Shown here: in pieces, positions 61,993-64,000 of the stretch
How positions within the stretch are numbered: the first letter of the stretch is position 1
Layout: the number at the start of each line of letters is the position of its first letter
DNA from: Eledone cirrhosa
Lineage: Eukaryota
Direction: 5' to 3'
DNA length: 64,000 nucleotides
NCBI GenBank assembly: GCA_964016885.1
Contig: OZ024740.1
Coordinates: 99,076,001 to 99,140,000 of the forward strand
The notes under the pieces: model-generated
Told to the model about the DNA's origin: nothing
The model's database searches: none
The model's input: the letters and a program-made list of their open reading frames with translations, nothing else
Position numbers and translations under genes: made by a program

Positions 61993-64000
61993 CTAGCAGT
62001 GTAGCCCGGTGTTGCTCTGTTTTTTCATTTGCTATGGAAAGTTACATACAGGTAAACGTGGCTTGAAAGCGAATAAGGTTATCAATTAAGTGCATACAGC
62101 AGTTGAACCGGTTATTAAACGTTACGAACCAATTAGCATTTTGGTCAATCAATGATGGGTTAATAATCTTCCAATAGCGAATTTAGTAGACCAAAGTTGC
62201 AAGATGGTGGCCCTGATGCCGCTCGGTGTCAGATCTGTCCGCCATGGTATACCCTACCAGGAAATAGTGTTCCAGACGGCATAGCTCCAACACCTCCAAC
62301 ACCTGCACCAACATCTATAGCACCTCTTTGTAGACGTTATTGTGTGTCATCCCTTGAGGAGTGTAAGCAAAAAGTCCATTCCTGCTCCCTACGCGGGAAC
62401 AGGCAACATAAATTGGCCATGGGAGAAGCATGGCTTCACCAAATTGATGCCTGCCACCGACAATGTTTGCCCTTATGATTTGTTAATGGGCATGGCAAAA
62501 CATGGTCTCACCGGGAACAGGGATCGCCGGAAATCGAATGGGATATCTGACGCCGAGGCGTAAAGGTTCATCCTTGGAATGAAAACATTCTACCCTCTTC
62601 TGTACCCCGTTAAAATGGTGGGCTCAATCAAGTGCGGTGTCAGTGACTTGACGAGCATGCGAGTACCGTTGCATTGCTTTGGTGGACACAAGTTCCTTAT
62701 TAGCATAATGGGACAGCCAACCCTAAGCTTAATAATGTGAGGTGGGAGCCCTGGGGGCTCAAAGGAATTTAATAACTCAGCCGGATAATTAACGATATCG
62801 TCGGGTTCTGACGTCCGGTCGATAGATTTGAAGATGTGCTCTTGACCGGGAATTTTCTCAATCAGCTGCTCGTTAATAAAATTAACCATGGTATTTTTCG
62901 GAGCAAGGATGGCTCTTTTGCTGAGCCAATCGAGGTTTCTAAAGTTAGATGAGACATTAGGAAAAACTGCTTCCCTAGGTCAGAAGGGCTGCTCACAATG
63001 TTGCCCAGGGAGTCGATTGCCCTTGTGATCGCAGGGACCTTGCCCTCACCAAGTGCTAAAATGTTCAGAGCAAATGCTGCACATATGTTGTAACCATGCA
63101 AATGTGCACGCATATTTGTGCTCAGGTACAAACTCTTCACCTGGATCCACAACATGGGCGACTTAAGGCAGGCACGCACTTCATTAGCTCTTGTGTCTTT
63201 GGGGATGACAGGCAGCGTTTGCCGAAAATCCCCTGATAGCAGAAGGGTTACGCCACCCATAGGAGTCCTAGAATCCCTAATGTATTTCAGGTCCCGTCCA
63301 ATGCCTGAAGGGCACCCTTGTGTGCCATGGTGCACTCATCCCAAACAATGAGGCAACATCTTTTGAGAACCAGAGCTTTGTGTGAACTCTTGCGGATATT
63401 GCATGTTGGTGTCTCAGTTTTTACTAAATCAAAGGGGAGTTTAAAGGTTGAATTTGCTGTCCTGCCTCCCGGCAGCAAAGTAGCAGCGATCCCGGACGAT
63501 GCAACGGCCAATGCAACTTTTTTCTCCTGGCGAATCTTAGCGAGAATAAATTTCGTTACAAAAGTTTTTCCGGTATCCTCAGGAGCGTTTTTTATTGGGG
63601 GGATCCGTTGTTTATTGGGGGAGGGGGCGGGGGGCGTTTTTATTTGAGTGGAGAGGGCGTTTTTTATTTGCAAACCGTTTTTTATTGGGGGGTTGTCCGT
63701 TTTTTATGGGGGGGGGGGTCTGTTTTTATTTGGAATCCGTTTTTTATTTGGGGGAGTGTCCGTTTTTTATGGGGATGGGGACGTTCTTTATTGGTGGGGA
63801 TCCGTTTTTTATTTGGGGGGTCCGGTTTTTATTGGGATGGGGTCCGTATTTTATTTGGGGGGGTCCGTTTTATTGGGGGGGAAAAGGGTCCGGTTTTTAT
63901 GAGGGGATGATCCGTTATTTAGGGGGGATCAGTTTTTTATTTGCGGGTGGGGGTCCATGTTTTGTCGGAGTGGGATCCGTTTTTATTGGGGCGGGGGGGG
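61993..64000 (-). mobile_element. Helitron with decayed PIF1-like helicase
   Basis: APEDTGKTF, AVASSGIAATLLPGGRTA, IVWDECTM, LLSGDFRQTLPV, LRVGCPIMLIRNL-CNGTR, FAMPINKS*GQT and FSHGQ across frameshifts (~62330-63590). The 3' terminus CCGGGCTACACTGCTAG|T is at 61993. Confidence 0.93.
63586..64000. repeat. G/T-rich minisatellite (~20-22-bp unit GGGGGATCCGTTTTTTATT)
   Basis: Direct reading. It runs off the window end. Confidence 0.9.

Overview
AT-rich, microsatellite-dense animal DNA made almost entirely of transposable elements. SINE and RTE-tail content suggests a cephalopod, probably Octopus (inference). No host gene could be supported. Retroelements present: a decayed Penelope-like element (RT + GIY-YIG), three R4/Dong-type LINE copies beside (TAA)n tracts, a Tx1/L1-type LINE plus a decayed relative, a 5'-inverted CRE-like fragment, a young non-coding LTR element, one intact 1022-aa RTE LINE, and many tRNA-SINEs and RTE-derived short elements. 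DNA elements present: a decayed Chapaev3-like transposase, a Helitron helicase remnant and four Helitron 3' ends. Two things stand out. (1) Several unrelated ORF-less units of about 300-620 bp, mostly in or beside (TA)n tracts, share an architecture of wrap-around tandem plus inverted partial copy and often carry minimal hammerhead ribozyme motifs (retrozyme or Penelope pseudo-LTR-like). (2) A complete C4HC3 PHD-type finger is inserted inside the RT region of the intact RTE. All comparisons were made by eye, so boundaries are approximate unless an exact motif is quoted.
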